Origin: Candidatus Bathyarchaeota archaeon
GTDB taxonomy: Archaea; Thermoproteota; CALKCG01; B24; DRYS01
Length of the DNA: 64,000 nucleotides
Assembly: GCA_018396535.1 (NCBI GenBank)
Contig: JAGTQC010000002.1
Span: 128,001 to 192,000 of the forward strand
Reading direction: 5' to 3'
How positions within the stretch are numbered: the stretch's first letter is position 1; each line of letters begins with the position of its first letter. This document shows, piece by piece, positions 1 through 10,214 of the stretch. Under the pieces are notes generated by a model that ran no database searches, was not told the DNA's origin, and saw nothing but the letters and a program-made list of their open reading frames with translations. The translations under genes were made by a program, and so were the position numbers.

Positions 1-1320
1 CCATGTTATAGCCGAATATCTCTGCTGACCTGTGAAAGCTGATCTAGTAAGTATAACTACACGTTTATCCGAGATGCTACGCTGCCCTTCATAGACGGCT
101 CTAGTCGTCATAAGCGAGTATGCGTTCAGATACCTAGCACCCGAACCTATAGCCGTAGTCGATGAATGGAATGGTGTATAGAACGAAGCCCATCCTACAC
201 CAGTCTCGGGTTCTGTCGCATCAAGCCACCATCCATCCACGCCTATATCGAAGAAGCTTCTCCTAATATACTCCCAATACAATTTCCTAGCCTCCTCGTT
301 GAAGGGATCATAGCATCTAGTACCAGGGCATATGAATCCTCTACTCTCCATATCCTTATAGATATCCGTCTCCTCACCGAATATCGGCCATATGGAGATT
401 AAAATACGTATGCCAAGCTCATGTAGATCCTTAACCATCCCAGCTGGATCTGGGAAGGATTCCTCATCGAACTTAAAGGCATTCCATCCATATTTACCCC
501 AATATTTCCAATCCAATACTATGATATCGATAGGTATACCTTTACTCCTAAAGGTTCTAGCAACCTCTAGAATCTCATCCTGAGTCTTATATCTCTCCTT
601 AGATTGCCAGAATCCATAAGCCCATATCGGTAGTAGAGGTGGATCACCAGTTAGCTTACGATAGGATGATATCACATCATCTATACTTGGGCCATAGATT
701 AGATAGTAGTCTATAGCATCCGAAGCTTCAGACCAAAACTTAATCTTACCAAAACCGTTATCGGCGAAGTTTTCGAATCGAGTCATAGAGTAGTTATCCC
801 ATAGTATACCGTAGCCTCTACTAGATACTAGGAATGGTATAGCTACATCCCAATTCCTCTGTATAAGCGTGATACTACGACCCCTATAATCGAATATACC
901 TGGATGCTGCCCTAATCCATAGAATCTCTCATCCATAGATACTCTGAAGGTTTGTTCTACACTATAAGTCTCCCCATCGGGTAGCTCGATAGAGGTTAGT
1001 GATCTAGAATCCTCGACGATAATCGGGGATCCATACAGGTCGTAGAACTCTATAAGCCCAGTATCAAGATCTACCGATGCCTTCAACTTATCGGTGGCTA
1101 CCGTAATCCTGGAAGGCTCCCTTCGTATCTTCCAATCAACCTGTTTCAAAGATGTATTAATAACCGATAGACTGCTATCCCCGGGTAGCTTAGAGCTTAG
1201 AGTATAGGTTACACGTATAACGTTATCGCTACAGATCTGCAGCCTCATCCTACCCTCTGGATGCATATAGAACGTAATCTCCCTTAATCCTCTACTATAG
1301 GATTTTACAGTAAATGGCAA
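1..1320 (-). CDS. GH31 glycoside hydrolase (alpha-xylosidase/alpha-glucosidase), runs off the left edge
   Basis: Manual translation from TTG at 1320 gives GLGQHPG..., WAYGFWQSKERY, IPIDIIVLDWKYW and the nucleophile motif WWLDATEPE (~205-231), all in one frame. Absent from the ORF track because no stop lies in the window. Confidence 0.9.
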   Translation of the reverse strand, partial: MPFTVKSYSRGLREITFYMHPEGRMRLQICSDNVIRVTYTLSSKLPGDSSLSVINTSLKQVDWKIRREPSRITVATDKLKASVDLDTGLIEFYDLYGSPIIVEDSRSLTSIELPDGETYSVEQTFRVSMDERFYGLGQHPGIFDYRGRSITLIQRNWDVAIPFLVSSRGYGILWDNYSMTRFENFADNGFGKIKFWSEASDAIDYYLIYGPSIDDVISSYRKLTGDPPLLPIWAYGFWQSKERYKTQDEILEVARTFRSKGIPIDIIVLDWKYWGKYGWNAFKFDEESFPDPAGMVKDLHELGIRILISIWPIFGEETDIYKDMESRGFICPGTRCYDPFNEEARKLYWEYIRRSFFDIGVDGWWLDATEPETGVGWASFYTPFHSSTTAIGSGARYLNAYSLMTTRAVYEGQRSISDKRVVILTRSAFTGQQRYSAITW

Positions 1321-1415
1321 ACCTAATCCAACACCCCGATCATAACGTAGATCAGATTACTATATAATAATCTTATGGCTGACTATGTACGTCTTAAAAG
1401 GAATAATTGTCGGAT

Positions 1416-2273
1416 TTATAATTCGAGAAGGATTATACCGATCGATGCTAGTAGTATAGCTATCCATATCCATATGCTCAGCTTCTCTCTTAGAGAGATG
1501 TTTGCTGCTAGAGCTGAGATTATAGGCTGTATACCAGTTATAACGGTAGCTCTACCAGCTCCTATAAGCCTTATACTCTCAAGGTATAGTGTCGTACCTA
1601 GGGATAACCCTGTTAAACCTGATAACGAGCCCCATAACAATAACCTAGCATTTCTAAGCTTACCCATGCTACGTCTACATATAGGTAGCATAGCTAAAGC
1701 TAGTATAGGGAATCTGTAGGCGTTACCTATCAGCGGATCTACACTCCTAACACCTATAGATACGAAGGTTACAGCTATAGACCATAGAAGAGCTGAGACT
1801 AAGGATAAAACCACCCCCTCAAAATATTGATTCGAACCATTCCTAGATTCCTCTCCCGATAACGCTACTATTATTGATGCTGAAACTACCAGTACACCCC
1901 CGATCACGTTAACCAGTGTTATACTCTCGTTGAGTAAAAAAGCTGAGATTAACAATACGATTAACGGATGTACCGATGATACTGCTACACCACGTGAAAC
2001 TCCTATAGCATCTATACCCTTGAAGAATACCGTATCCCCGATCCCTATACCTATAACCGTAGCCGCTAGCAGTAGGAGGAAGCCATATAAGTCTAACTGA
2101 AAGATAAACCCTCCACGTAGGATGGGTAGTATTAGGATTAAGGTTAGAGAACCTGATATACTACGTACCATATTCAACTCTATAGCCGTAGCATACCTTA
2201 AAGCTCTTTTAGAAAATACAGGTGTTAGAGCCCATAGTATAGCCGTGGATAGCGCTAAAGCCTCTCCTAACAT
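1416..2273 (-). CDS. EamA/DMT-family transporter
   Basis: 285 aa, about 10 hydrophobic helices in two repeats. Confidence 0.85.
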   Translation of the reverse strand: MLGEALALSTAILWALTPVFSKRALRYATAIELNMVRSISGSLTLILILPILRGGFIFQLDLYGFLLLLAATVIGIGIGDTVFFKGIDAIGVSRGVAVSSVHPLIVLLISAFLLNESITLVNVIGGVLVVSASIIVALSGEESRNGSNQYFEGVVLSLVSALLWSIAVTFVSIGVRSVDPLIGNAYRFPILALAMLPICRRSMGKLRNARLLLWGSLSGLTGLSLGTTLYLESIRLIGAGRATVITGIQPIISALAANISLREKLSIWIWIAILLASIGIILLEL

Positions 2274-2377
2274 AGCTTAAACCAGCTCGATAAGCTATCC
2301 TAAATTTAACGTTTACTTATGGAAGTTGGAAACCTATAAATCAAGGATGTGTGGTATATCCTAGTTTTTGATATGCT

Positions 2378-3148
2378 TTGAAGATCATGGTATGTGGTAA
2401 GGGTGGAACTGGGAAGACTATTGTATCTATCCTGCTAGCCAGGGTTCTATCTGAGAAGTATAGGGTGTACATAGTGGATTCAGATGAATCTAACATACTC
2501 TTACCTAGGCTTCTAGGTGTAAAACCACCGAAACCTCTAATAGAGTATATAGGCGGTAAGAGGGATGAAGCAGAATTGGAATCTAGGGAGCTCGATATAG
2601 CTTCCATGCTATCCAGAGCTGGGCTTGGTATAAGGCTTAGAGCACTACCAGATGAGTATATATCGTATTCTAGAGATGGGATAGGGTTAACGTGTATAGG
2701 TAAGGTTAGAGAGTATGGCGAAGGATGTGCATGCCCATTCAATATTCTTACAAGGATACTACTTAAAAACCTAGTATTGGATGCTGATGAAAGGGTTGTA
2801 GTTGATACTGATGCTGGGATCGAACATATAGGTAGAAGGGTGGAGGAAGCTGTAGATGGGGTTATAGCTCTCATAGATCCGACAGCTGAATCTATAGAGA
2901 CAGCTTCTCTACTCAAGGATGTAAGCTTAAGCTTAGGTAAGAAATTCTGGGTTATAGCTAATAAGATCGATAGAAAGGTGAGGGATATACTGATAGATAA
3001 AGCTAGAGGGATGGGGCTAAGTATAGATGGATTCATAAGCTTCGATGAGAAAATTATCGAATCATGCCTACTAGGAGAGGAGCTTAGATCGAGTAACGCT
3101 CTAGAAGATGTTAGAAGTATAGCATACACTCTTAAGATTATCGAGTAG
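2378..3148 (+). CDS. cooC: CooC/AcsF-like nickel-insertion ATPase
   Basis: Deviant Walker A GKGGTGKT, GEGCACP metal motif, VDTDAGIEH. Confidence 0.8.
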   Translation: MKIMVCGKGGTGKTIVSILLARVLSEKYRVYIVDSDESNILLPRLLGVKPPKPLIEYIGGKRDEAELESRELDIASMLSRAGLGIRLRALPDEYISYSRDGIGLTCIGKVREYGEGCACPFNILTRILLKNLVLDADERVVVDTDAGIEHIGRRVEEAVDGVIALIDPTAESIETASLLKDVSLSLGKKFWVIANKIDRKVRDILIDKARGMGLSIDGFISFDEKIIESCLLGEELRSSNALEDVRSIAYTLKIIE

Positions 3149-3273
3149 ATTTAGAGGAGGCGTAGATCCTATATAACACTTATTAAGAATAAGATCTAGA
3201 ACATATACTATTATATCAAGCGTAACCTTTATCAACTTGTTCAGATGTAATCCTTATAGCGAAGCCGTCTCTT

Positions 3274-3933
3274 ATGTTCTCAATAAAAATAGTTCTGATA
3301 TTAGCGATACTACAAATCCTATCCTCCACGTATACGATGATATACGATAATTTAGTCGAAGAGGGTATTGAACCTATACCTCTACCCTATACATGGAGTT
3401 CAGGTATAACTTGCTACTATCTAGATCTAGATCCGTTATCCGATGGCTATCAGCAATCTATCATAGTAGAAGCTGGTAGCCTAATAGTAGCGGAAATAAA
3501 GTTTCAACGCTGGAGTATATACGGTCCAGATAGAGTAAATCAGTTATTCCTACTATATTCATGGTCTAGGAACTGGAATCCGCCGACACATTATCTACCA
3601 CTATGGTTTGGTATATCGGGCGAATATCCAGGTATAGTGAAGGTTTGGAGGTATACATTCAAAGCACCGAGTGAGCCTGGAGTATACTATATATGGATTA
3701 GAGGGGATTACACGACAGGTATGGAGGAGGCTGTAGCTAATATATGGCGTATGTATCGTGGACCTCCACCATACGATGATGATGGAGGAGGTATAATCGG
3801 TAAGGTAATCGTAACGAGTAGGAGAGATAGAGTAGTATCCTCGAATATTATAGCTATACCGATACTAATAGCGTTGATGGGGTTGATAATCGCATCGATT
3901 ATATCCAGATCTTTGAAAAAGATGAAGGGTTAG
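3274..3933 (+). CDS. Hypothetical secreted protein with a C-terminal membrane anchor
   Basis: N-terminal signal-like hydrophobic stretch; C-terminal TM helix followed by a basic tail. Confidence 0.6.
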   Translation: MFSIKIVLILAILQILSSTYTMIYDNLVEEGIEPIPLPYTWSSGITCYYLDLDPLSDGYQQSIIVEAGSLIVAEIKFQRWSIYGPDRVNQLFLLYSWSRNWNPPTHYLPLWFGISGEYPGIVKVWRYTFKAPSEPGVYYIWIRGDYTTGMEEAVANIWRMYRGPPPYDDDGGGIIGKVIVTSRRDRVVSSNIIAIPILIALMGLIIASIISRSLKKMKG

Positions 3934-4025
3934 AATATGTTATCGTAGGGAGTCATAGAGATAGATGGTCGATGATGCTAGGAAGATTAATTAAAGCGTG
4001 ATAACACATTAAATTAATTAGGCTT

Positions 4026-4688
4026 ATGTCTTATTTATGGGTTGGAAAACCATTCGTTAAAAAGACCTTAGTTAAATTCGCTATAGTCTTTACGATCATC
4101 CTAATACTCTCAATACTTGTACATTTATTGCTAGCTTTATCATGGCTTATACTAGCATCTATAATCTTCATAGTATACTACTACAATAAGAGAGCGTACA
4201 CGTACTATGTAACTGATAGATCTATCAGGATAGAGAAGTCATGGGTATTCGGGAACTACATCAGAGAACTTACATTTGATCAGATAAGAGATGTACATAT
4301 AATGCAGGGGATACTCGCTAGAGCTATGAGATGCGGATCCCTAGCCTTCGTAACAACAGCTGGTTTAGAAGTAGGACATATAGGAGCTGGGGTAGGTAGA
4401 GGCGTGGTAATCGGGGGTACAGCTCCAAGGATTATAGCATGGAGGGGGGGAAGATTCTGGGATATACCGGAGCCGCAGAAGGTACGCGATATACTGATTG
4501 GGAAGATAACTGAGTGGCGTGAAGTAGCTCAGCAACAGAGAATGGCTGCTTCACTCGAAAGGATAGCTGAAACAAGACCACGTAGCGGGAATCTTCTAGA
4601 TGAATTAGAAAGACTTAAACGACTCCTAGATGAAGGGGTTATAACCAAAGAGGAGTTCGAGAAAGCAAAGAAGAAACTATTAGAATAG
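4026..4688 (+). CDS. Membrane protein with bacterial PH domain and C-terminal SHOCT domain
   Basis: Two TM helices; YYVTDRSI...I.DVHI.QG..AR...CGSL; C-terminal LERLKRLLDEGVITKEEFEKAKKKLL. Confidence 0.8.
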   Translation: MSYLWVGKPFVKKTLVKFAIVFTIILILSILVHLLLALSWLILASIIFIVYYYNKRAYTYYVTDRSIRIEKSWVFGNYIRELTFDQIRDVHIMQGILARAMRCGSLAFVTTAGLEVGHIGAGVGRGVVIGGTAPRIIAWRGGRFWDIPEPQKVRDILIGKITEWREVAQQQRMAASLERIAETRPRSGNLLDELERLKRLLDEGVITKEEFEKAKKKLLE

Positions 4689-4785
4689 TAAAAGATTAAA
4701 AAGTAGAATACATATACTACATATAACCAATCATAGAATATCGATAAAAGAGAAAAAAGAAAAGTATAGAGGTATAAGGGTAAAG

Positions 4786-5320
4786 CTACATTACAGCTAG
4801 CGTCGTCGATAGGTTATATAGGAATGCGAATAGAACAGTTATCCCTGTAGATCCTGCAACCATACCTATAGCGAAGGGCATAGCTACATCCTCATATATC
4901 TTTGCTCCTCCAATCCTAAGGATTACAAGTTTAGCTACATATGCAACTACAGTTGGGATTAATATTATGTTAGGTACGAAATCGAAAGCGCCTATAACTA
5001 CGCCTCCAGGATTCACCGGGAACCATGGGAATTTAGCATGTAACGCATATATAGTAGATATTATCGCTGCTCCGATGATAAATTGTACCCAGTGCAACGG
5101 CTCTGGATGATGGCCTAACCCACTACGCCAGTAAACCCCGACCTCAGCTACACAGGCATATGTCGGGCCCCTCTGTAGATAATTGTTGGGTACTCCTGTA
5201 TAGTTGAATGCAGCTAGGTTTAAGGCTCCAAAGCTACACCACATCTGAAGCAGCGCGAATAACGATACAACTACACCTAGAATCACAGCTATAACCATAC
5301 CTACAAATATATGGCGTGAA
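4786..5320 (-). pseudogene. C-terminal fragment of a large OPT-like/DUF6784-type membrane protein, 5'-truncated
   Basis: Hydrophobic ORF with PWFPVNPGG and KLVILRIGGAKIYE..AMPFAIG. The frame continues upstream of the ATG (RDSRHIFVG) and then meets an opposite-strand fragment. Confidence 0.5.
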
Positions 5321-5411
5321 TCTCTGAAGAACCTTCCACCTGAAAGGATATTAGAAGAACATATATGTGTGGTGCGTGAGCTTTTAGCTAGGCTGTTAAG
5401 GTGATGTAGGT

Positions 5412-6422
5412 ATGGGTTTGGGTAAGCCTGTTAGGTTTGGTATATTGGGTTTAGGTGTCGGTTATAGGAAGGCTAAGCAGTGTGTAGGATCTAGAGGAGC
5501 GGTTTTAGCCGCTGTCTGCGATCTACAGGAGGAGAGGGCTAGGAGGGTTGCTGAAGAGCTTGGCTGCCGCTGGTATACAGATTACGATGATATGCTTGAT
5601 AGTGGTGATGTAGATTGTATAGGTGTCTTCACTCCTAGCGGTATGCATATGGATCATGCTTTGAAAGCTATAGAGAGAGGGCTACACGTATTCGTAACTA
5701 AGCCTATGGATATAGATGTAGAGAAGTGTCGCCTAGCTATAAGGGAAGCTGAGAAAGCTAACGTAGTTCTCGCAGTCGATTTCGAACTTAGATACCAAGA
5801 TCTAAACCAGAAGATATTCTATGCGATACAGAAAGGTTTGATAGGTAGGGTTTTCCTAATCGATGTTTTGATGAAGTAGTTTAGGGATGAAGCATACTAT
5901 AAGGGTGGATACCCCCCTGCATGGAGGAGTAGTAGACGTTATGAAGGGGGATCTGCAGCTAACCAAGGCGTACACTACATAGATCTGGTTCAATGGTGGA
6001 TGGGTGGGGTGGAATCTGTACAGGGGTTAGCCGGAACGTTTACCCACGATATAGAGACTGAAGATTGCAGCGTAGCTATTATGAGATTTAGGAACGGGGC
6101 ATTCGGAACACTTACAACCACCACCTCGAGTATACCAGATCTAGGAACGAGAATAGAGGTTAATAGCGATAGGGGATCTATGATATGGAGGGATGGGAAG
6201 ATAGACTTCTTCCACTTGAAGGATGGAGATATATCTATACTAGACTCTATAACCCTGCCGAGTGATAGACCTATGAATATATTCGAGGATATGGCTAAAG
6301 CTATCCGTGAAGGTAGGAAGCCTATAGTAGATGGAAGAGAGGGGTTGAAGAGCGTTGCCATATTCAATGCGATATACGAATCATCTAAGATAGGGAGAGC
6401 TATAAGGGTAGAGGATGTATAG
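5412..6422 (+). pseudogene. Gfo/Idh/MocA oxidoreductase interrupted by one in-frame TAG (5877-5879)
   Basis: ORFs 5412-5879 and 6000-6422 share a frame. The bridge reads MK*FRDEAYY...GGSAANQGVHYIDLVQWWMGG. Confidence 0.8.
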
Positions 6423-7049
6423 ATTGAACAGCATAGGGTTATCATAGCTAGTAGAGTAGAAGCATTTAATATCTTAGACTGATTCTCTATTAAAGATAAA
6501 AGATCTAACTTATAACCTCCTAGATCTTCAAAGGATTACTACACCGATAGATACTCTGCCCATTATATTCAAATCGACATAACCACCTTTCCTTCTATCC
6601 CTACACACAATATCCTCGAAAACATTATACTTAACCTCAATTATTCTAACAGCTACAAAATATATTCAATTAACTGAAATAAGTGTAGAGATCTAGGGCC
6701 TCGCAGCCATGCTCCAAAGTCCTCTTCATGACTAAGTCGCCCATCTTGAATATGAAGACATCGCATATGTAGAGAGTTTCGACACGAGACGGCCCCCAAC
6801 GACTGGGGACTGGCTCAACCCACCTAAGAACTGGTTCATAAGGATCATAGGTCTGCCTCTTGGAGAACACATATTGAAGGTTACTTGTAAGGATCTGAAA
6901 TTCGGAATGTATACCCATAGATGTACTTGGCGCCCCCTTCCCGTAAACGACTACATAAAGCCCCATAGTCCTCAAAGACTCTAGGATTAAGATTCCGGCA
7001 TCATTTCTCACATCAATGAGCGTTCTCCTAGAGAGACATCTCATAGAAA

Positions 7050-7214
7050 CAATTGGTTTATGATTGGTAAAGACTTCTCTTCCACAATGTCCTTAAAAAT
7101 TCTTATCGCAGTTTCATGATTCAAGCCCCTTCTTAAAACTTTTCCATAATACGTTTGCCACATCTTTTATTGCTAAATCCAGCGTTATTACACTGAAAAG
7201 TCAACGACTCTCAC
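7050..7214 (-). pseudogene. VapC/PIN toxin remnant (left end approximate)
   Basis: GTG start overlaps the antitoxin stop. Reads VRVVDFSV*, then after a frame change ITLDLAIKDVANVLWK, typical of archaeal VapC. Confidence 0.55.
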
Positions 7215-7437
7215 AATCTTCCCTCATAGACTTCTCGGAGAAGCCTAACTCGCTCGACCTTACATCCCTTAAGATAACATCCCCCTTCTCAATCATCCTT
7301 TTGATCTTCACCTTCCATGCCAGTTCCTCTAACTATTTTCTAATCTCTTCACCTATATCTAGGCCGTTTTCTTCCAACATTTTCTTGATCTCTTCTCTAA
7401 CCATGATGCCGATCACAGTGCTCGTAAACGCCACCAT
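7201..7437 (-). pseudogene. VapB-type antitoxin with an internal TAG (7333-7335)
   Basis: STVIGIMVREEIKKMLEENGLDIGEEIRK*LEELAWKVKIKR...EKSMREDCESR; the REDRE-like C-terminus is coupled to the PIN remnant. Confidence 0.6.
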
Positions 7438-7545
7438 AATAATTATCGTCTACAAATCTATAAAAATTTCTGTCTATATAAAACAAAACAAGATAAATTA
7501 GATTATACTTGTCAACACATAAAGTCTTACATGCAGTAAGATTTT

Positions 7546-7941
7546 ATGCTCTTGAATTCAATATTTCCATTTCTAATTTATTTAGGAAATACGCTCAACT
7601 ATAAGATGATGTTTATGATCGGCAACACATTCATAGGCTTACCGCATGTATTAGCCGCATTTGCTCCAAATTTAATCACAGCGGCGGCAGTCTGGTTTTT
7701 GCACGACATTATTGGCGCATCTATATCCACACCAGCCTAACAAACGCTAATGCAAATCTATGCAAGAGATGATCAAAGGGCAAAAGACATTAACATGGTA
7801 TCGCTGTTTGGAACAATCGGCGTAATAGTCGGCCCAGCTATAGGCGGCTTCCTAGCGGGAATAAACATCAACCTGCCCTTCATCATCGGTGGAACTATAA
7901 TTACTGCGGCAACAATAACTTTAGCACCACTAAAATACTAA
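7546..7941 (+). pseudogene. MFS transporter C-terminal remnant with an in-frame TAA (7738-7740)
   Basis: Two ORFs in one frame (…STPA*QTLMQ…); GVIVGPAIGGFLA MFS motif. Confidence 0.6.
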
Positions 7942-8113
7942 TGTACCTCTGAGGAGAGTGAAGAAAGAAGGTGTTCCTCTGGATTAAAGGATACCATAGC
8001 CTTTGAAGAAAGTAAAATATCAACTATCCGTGAACAGGGAACATTCTAATTTTATAAGAAAGCCCTTCTACTGAATAGTAAAAATTTGAGAACTAAATAA
8101 CAGTGGTGAAAAA

Positions 8114-9409
8114 ATGACATCTGTGGCAGTGCTAGGCGGTGGTTGGGCCGGTATTCTCTTTGGCTTAGAATATAAGTTAAGAAAACCAAACGCTAGAGTT
8201 GTGATTTTGGAGAAGCAGAGAACCGTAGGCGGTTTGCTTAGAAGCGAGAAAATAAATGGTCATTTGTTCGATATTGGCGGAAGCCATGTTATTTTTTCGA
8301 GGAACAAAACAATTTTAAATAGAATGCTTGAAATTATTGATGATGTTCTTGAAGTACCGAGAAAATCTTTCATAGCGTTATCCCGTCACTTTGTCCCTTA
8401 TCCTCTCGAAAACAACCTTAACGCTCTCCCTGAAGAGGATAAAATTGATGCGTTAATATCGTTTCTTGAAGCATGGAAGCTAAGACCAGATGACTTTATT
8501 CCTAAAAATTTTCGGGATTGGATTCACAACTTTTTTGGCAATTGGATTGCTGAAAAATATCTTGTCCCATATAATTTGAAGATCTGGAAGAGACCATTAG
8601 AGAATATTGATGTTGACTGGATATATACACCAGGTAGATTGCCGATTCCTGACTGGAGGGATGTTGTTAGGTCAGCCATGGGACAATTAACCATAGGCTA
8701 TATTGAACAGTCAAGGTTTTATTATCCGAGATATGGCGGAATTCAAAGAATATTTGATTGCGCGATGGGCATGGCCTACAGATATGGCGTGCGTTATATT
8801 AAAGGCTATAATGTGGTGAGCATTAAGCGCGTAAATGATGGCTGGTTCATAAATAATGAAATATACTGTAAGAAAATTGTTAGTTCGATTCCATTAAATG
8901 AACTTGTCAAACTCATGGAAGCCCCAGAACATATTATTAGATTGGCTGAGCAACTCGATTATAATAGAGTGTTAGTAGTTGGCTTAGCTATAAGGAAGCC
9001 AGCGCCAGAGCAGCACTGGATATATGTTCCAGCTCCAGACATACCCTTCCATAGATACGCATGGATATCGAACTATAGCCCATTAAACGCTCCTCCAGGA
9101 AGATCAACGCTAATAGTGGAGGTTACCATACCACCAAACCAGCCAGTTAATGCTGAAAAATATGTTGAGGAAACTCTTCAAGGACTAGAGGAACTTGGTG
9201 TTGTTAAAAGGGAAGAAATAATATTTGTAAAGGCTTGGCTACATGAATATGGCTACCCAGTCCATACAACAACATCAAACAGGGCAAGAAGTGAAGTACT
9301 TCATTGGCTTAATGAGTGGGGCATAACTCCTATTGGACGATGGGGTTGTTGGCAATACTGGAATATGGATAAAGTTTATGAAGATATTATAGAAAAGTCG
9401 TCGTTTTAG
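8114..9409 (+). CDS. FAD-dependent oxidoreductase, UDP-galactopyranose-mutase/protoporphyrinogen-oxidase-like
   Basis: GGGWAG, GGLLRS, FDIGGSHVIFS, FYYPRYGG, YGYP, GRWGCWQYWNMD; glycosylation gene context. Confidence 0.75.
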   Translation: MTSVAVLGGGWAGILFGLEYKLRKPNARVVILEKQRTVGGLLRSEKINGHLFDIGGSHVIFSRNKTILNRMLEIIDDVLEVPRKSFIALSRHFVPYPLENNLNALPEEDKIDALISFLEAWKLRPDDFIPKNFRDWIHNFFGNWIAEKYLVPYNLKIWKRPLENIDVDWIYTPGRLPIPDWRDVVRSAMGQLTIGYIEQSRFYYPRYGGIQRIFDCAMGMAYRYGVRYIKGYNVVSIKRVNDGWFINNEIYCKKIVSSIPLNELVKLMEAPEHIIRLAEQLDYNRVLVVGLAIRKPAPEQHWIYVPAPDIPFHRYAWISNYSPLNAPPGRSTLIVEVTIPPNQPVNAEKYVEETLQGLEELGVVKREEIIFVKAWLHEYGYPVHTTTSNRARSEVLHWLNEWGITPIGRWGCWQYWNMDKVYEDIIEKSSF

Positions 9410-9464
9410 AGGGGCTACTTTTAAAGAGGATTATTTGCCTATAAAGGTTGGGGGGTAGCGAAAG

Positions 9465-10208
9465 GTGGAAGCAAGAATCCTGACACTGTTTTTAACTAGA
9501 GACGCATCAACTTTTGTGTATAAGAACTACGAGAAGGTGAAATTTCAAGAGGGAGTTGAGCAGGAAATTTATGTTGTGTCAGCTGAACCTATTCCTATAG
9601 AAAATAATATTGTTGTTCCTGTTCCTCGGAATTATCCGCTTCCCATAAGAATTGGTGTTACTATTAATGAAGCATTGAGACGCTTCAACCTAAGCAAGTA
9701 CACTCATATCTTCAAGGTGGATGGTGACGTTAATCTGCCACACGATTATCTTGCCAACCTTCTAGCCAAGAAGGCACCGTTAGCTGGCAGAGGTGCTGCT
9801 ATGCTTATCTCTGTTAAATTTTTGCAGAAAGTCCTTAAAGGTAAATATCCGATCAGCTACTGTGATGACGGTTACGTCTCCGCAGTTTCTGTTGCATGCG
9901 GTTATTGGCCGCCCGAGTATGATGGAGAGGATTTGCTTTGGTTCTGCCGCATTTATCAGCCAAGTAGAGAGTATTCTTATGGTCGCGAGTATTATAAGTG
10001 GGGGCTTCCGCTATCCGTTTTTATTCTACTCTTACCGCAATTATTCGTTACAAGACGACGAGACTTAAAGAGTCTTATTTATAATCTTGTTGGCTATCTT
10101 TCTGCTCTTCTCAACAAAGAGAAAAGATATCCATGGTGGAGGAGTTATGCTTACTACCGTGTAAAGCACCTAGTATCTAAACTCGATAAACTTATTACTG
10201 GGAGGTGA
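9465..10208 (+). CDS. Putative GT-A-fold glycosyltransferase
   Basis: IFKVDGDV DxD motif, CDD, YGREYYKWG; co-oriented in the cassette. Confidence 0.55.
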   Translation: MEARILTLFLTRDASTFVYKNYEKVKFQEGVEQEIYVVSAEPIPIENNIVVPVPRNYPLPIRIGVTINEALRRFNLSKYTHIFKVDGDVNLPHDYLANLLAKKAPLAGRGAAMLISVKFLQKVLKGKYPISYCDDGYVSAVSVACGYWPPEYDGEDLLWFCRIYQPSREYSYGREYYKWGLPLSVFILLLPQLFVTRRRDLKSLIYNLVGYLSALLNKEKRYPWWRSYAYYRVKHLVSKLDKLITGR

Positions 10209-10214
10209 GCACTT

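Noticed and set aside
6500-6665. Possible gene remnant on the minus strand (FVAVRIIEVKYNVFED...)
   Set aside because: Too short and degenerate to assign.
6927-6935. TTGGCGCCC matching the tRNA-Asp 3' end as a possible att site
   Set aside because: Only 9 bp, which is expected by chance.
6670-7044. 124-aa minus-strand ORF at the island edge
   Set aside because: No recognisable motifs; it may be a fragment and cannot be supported.
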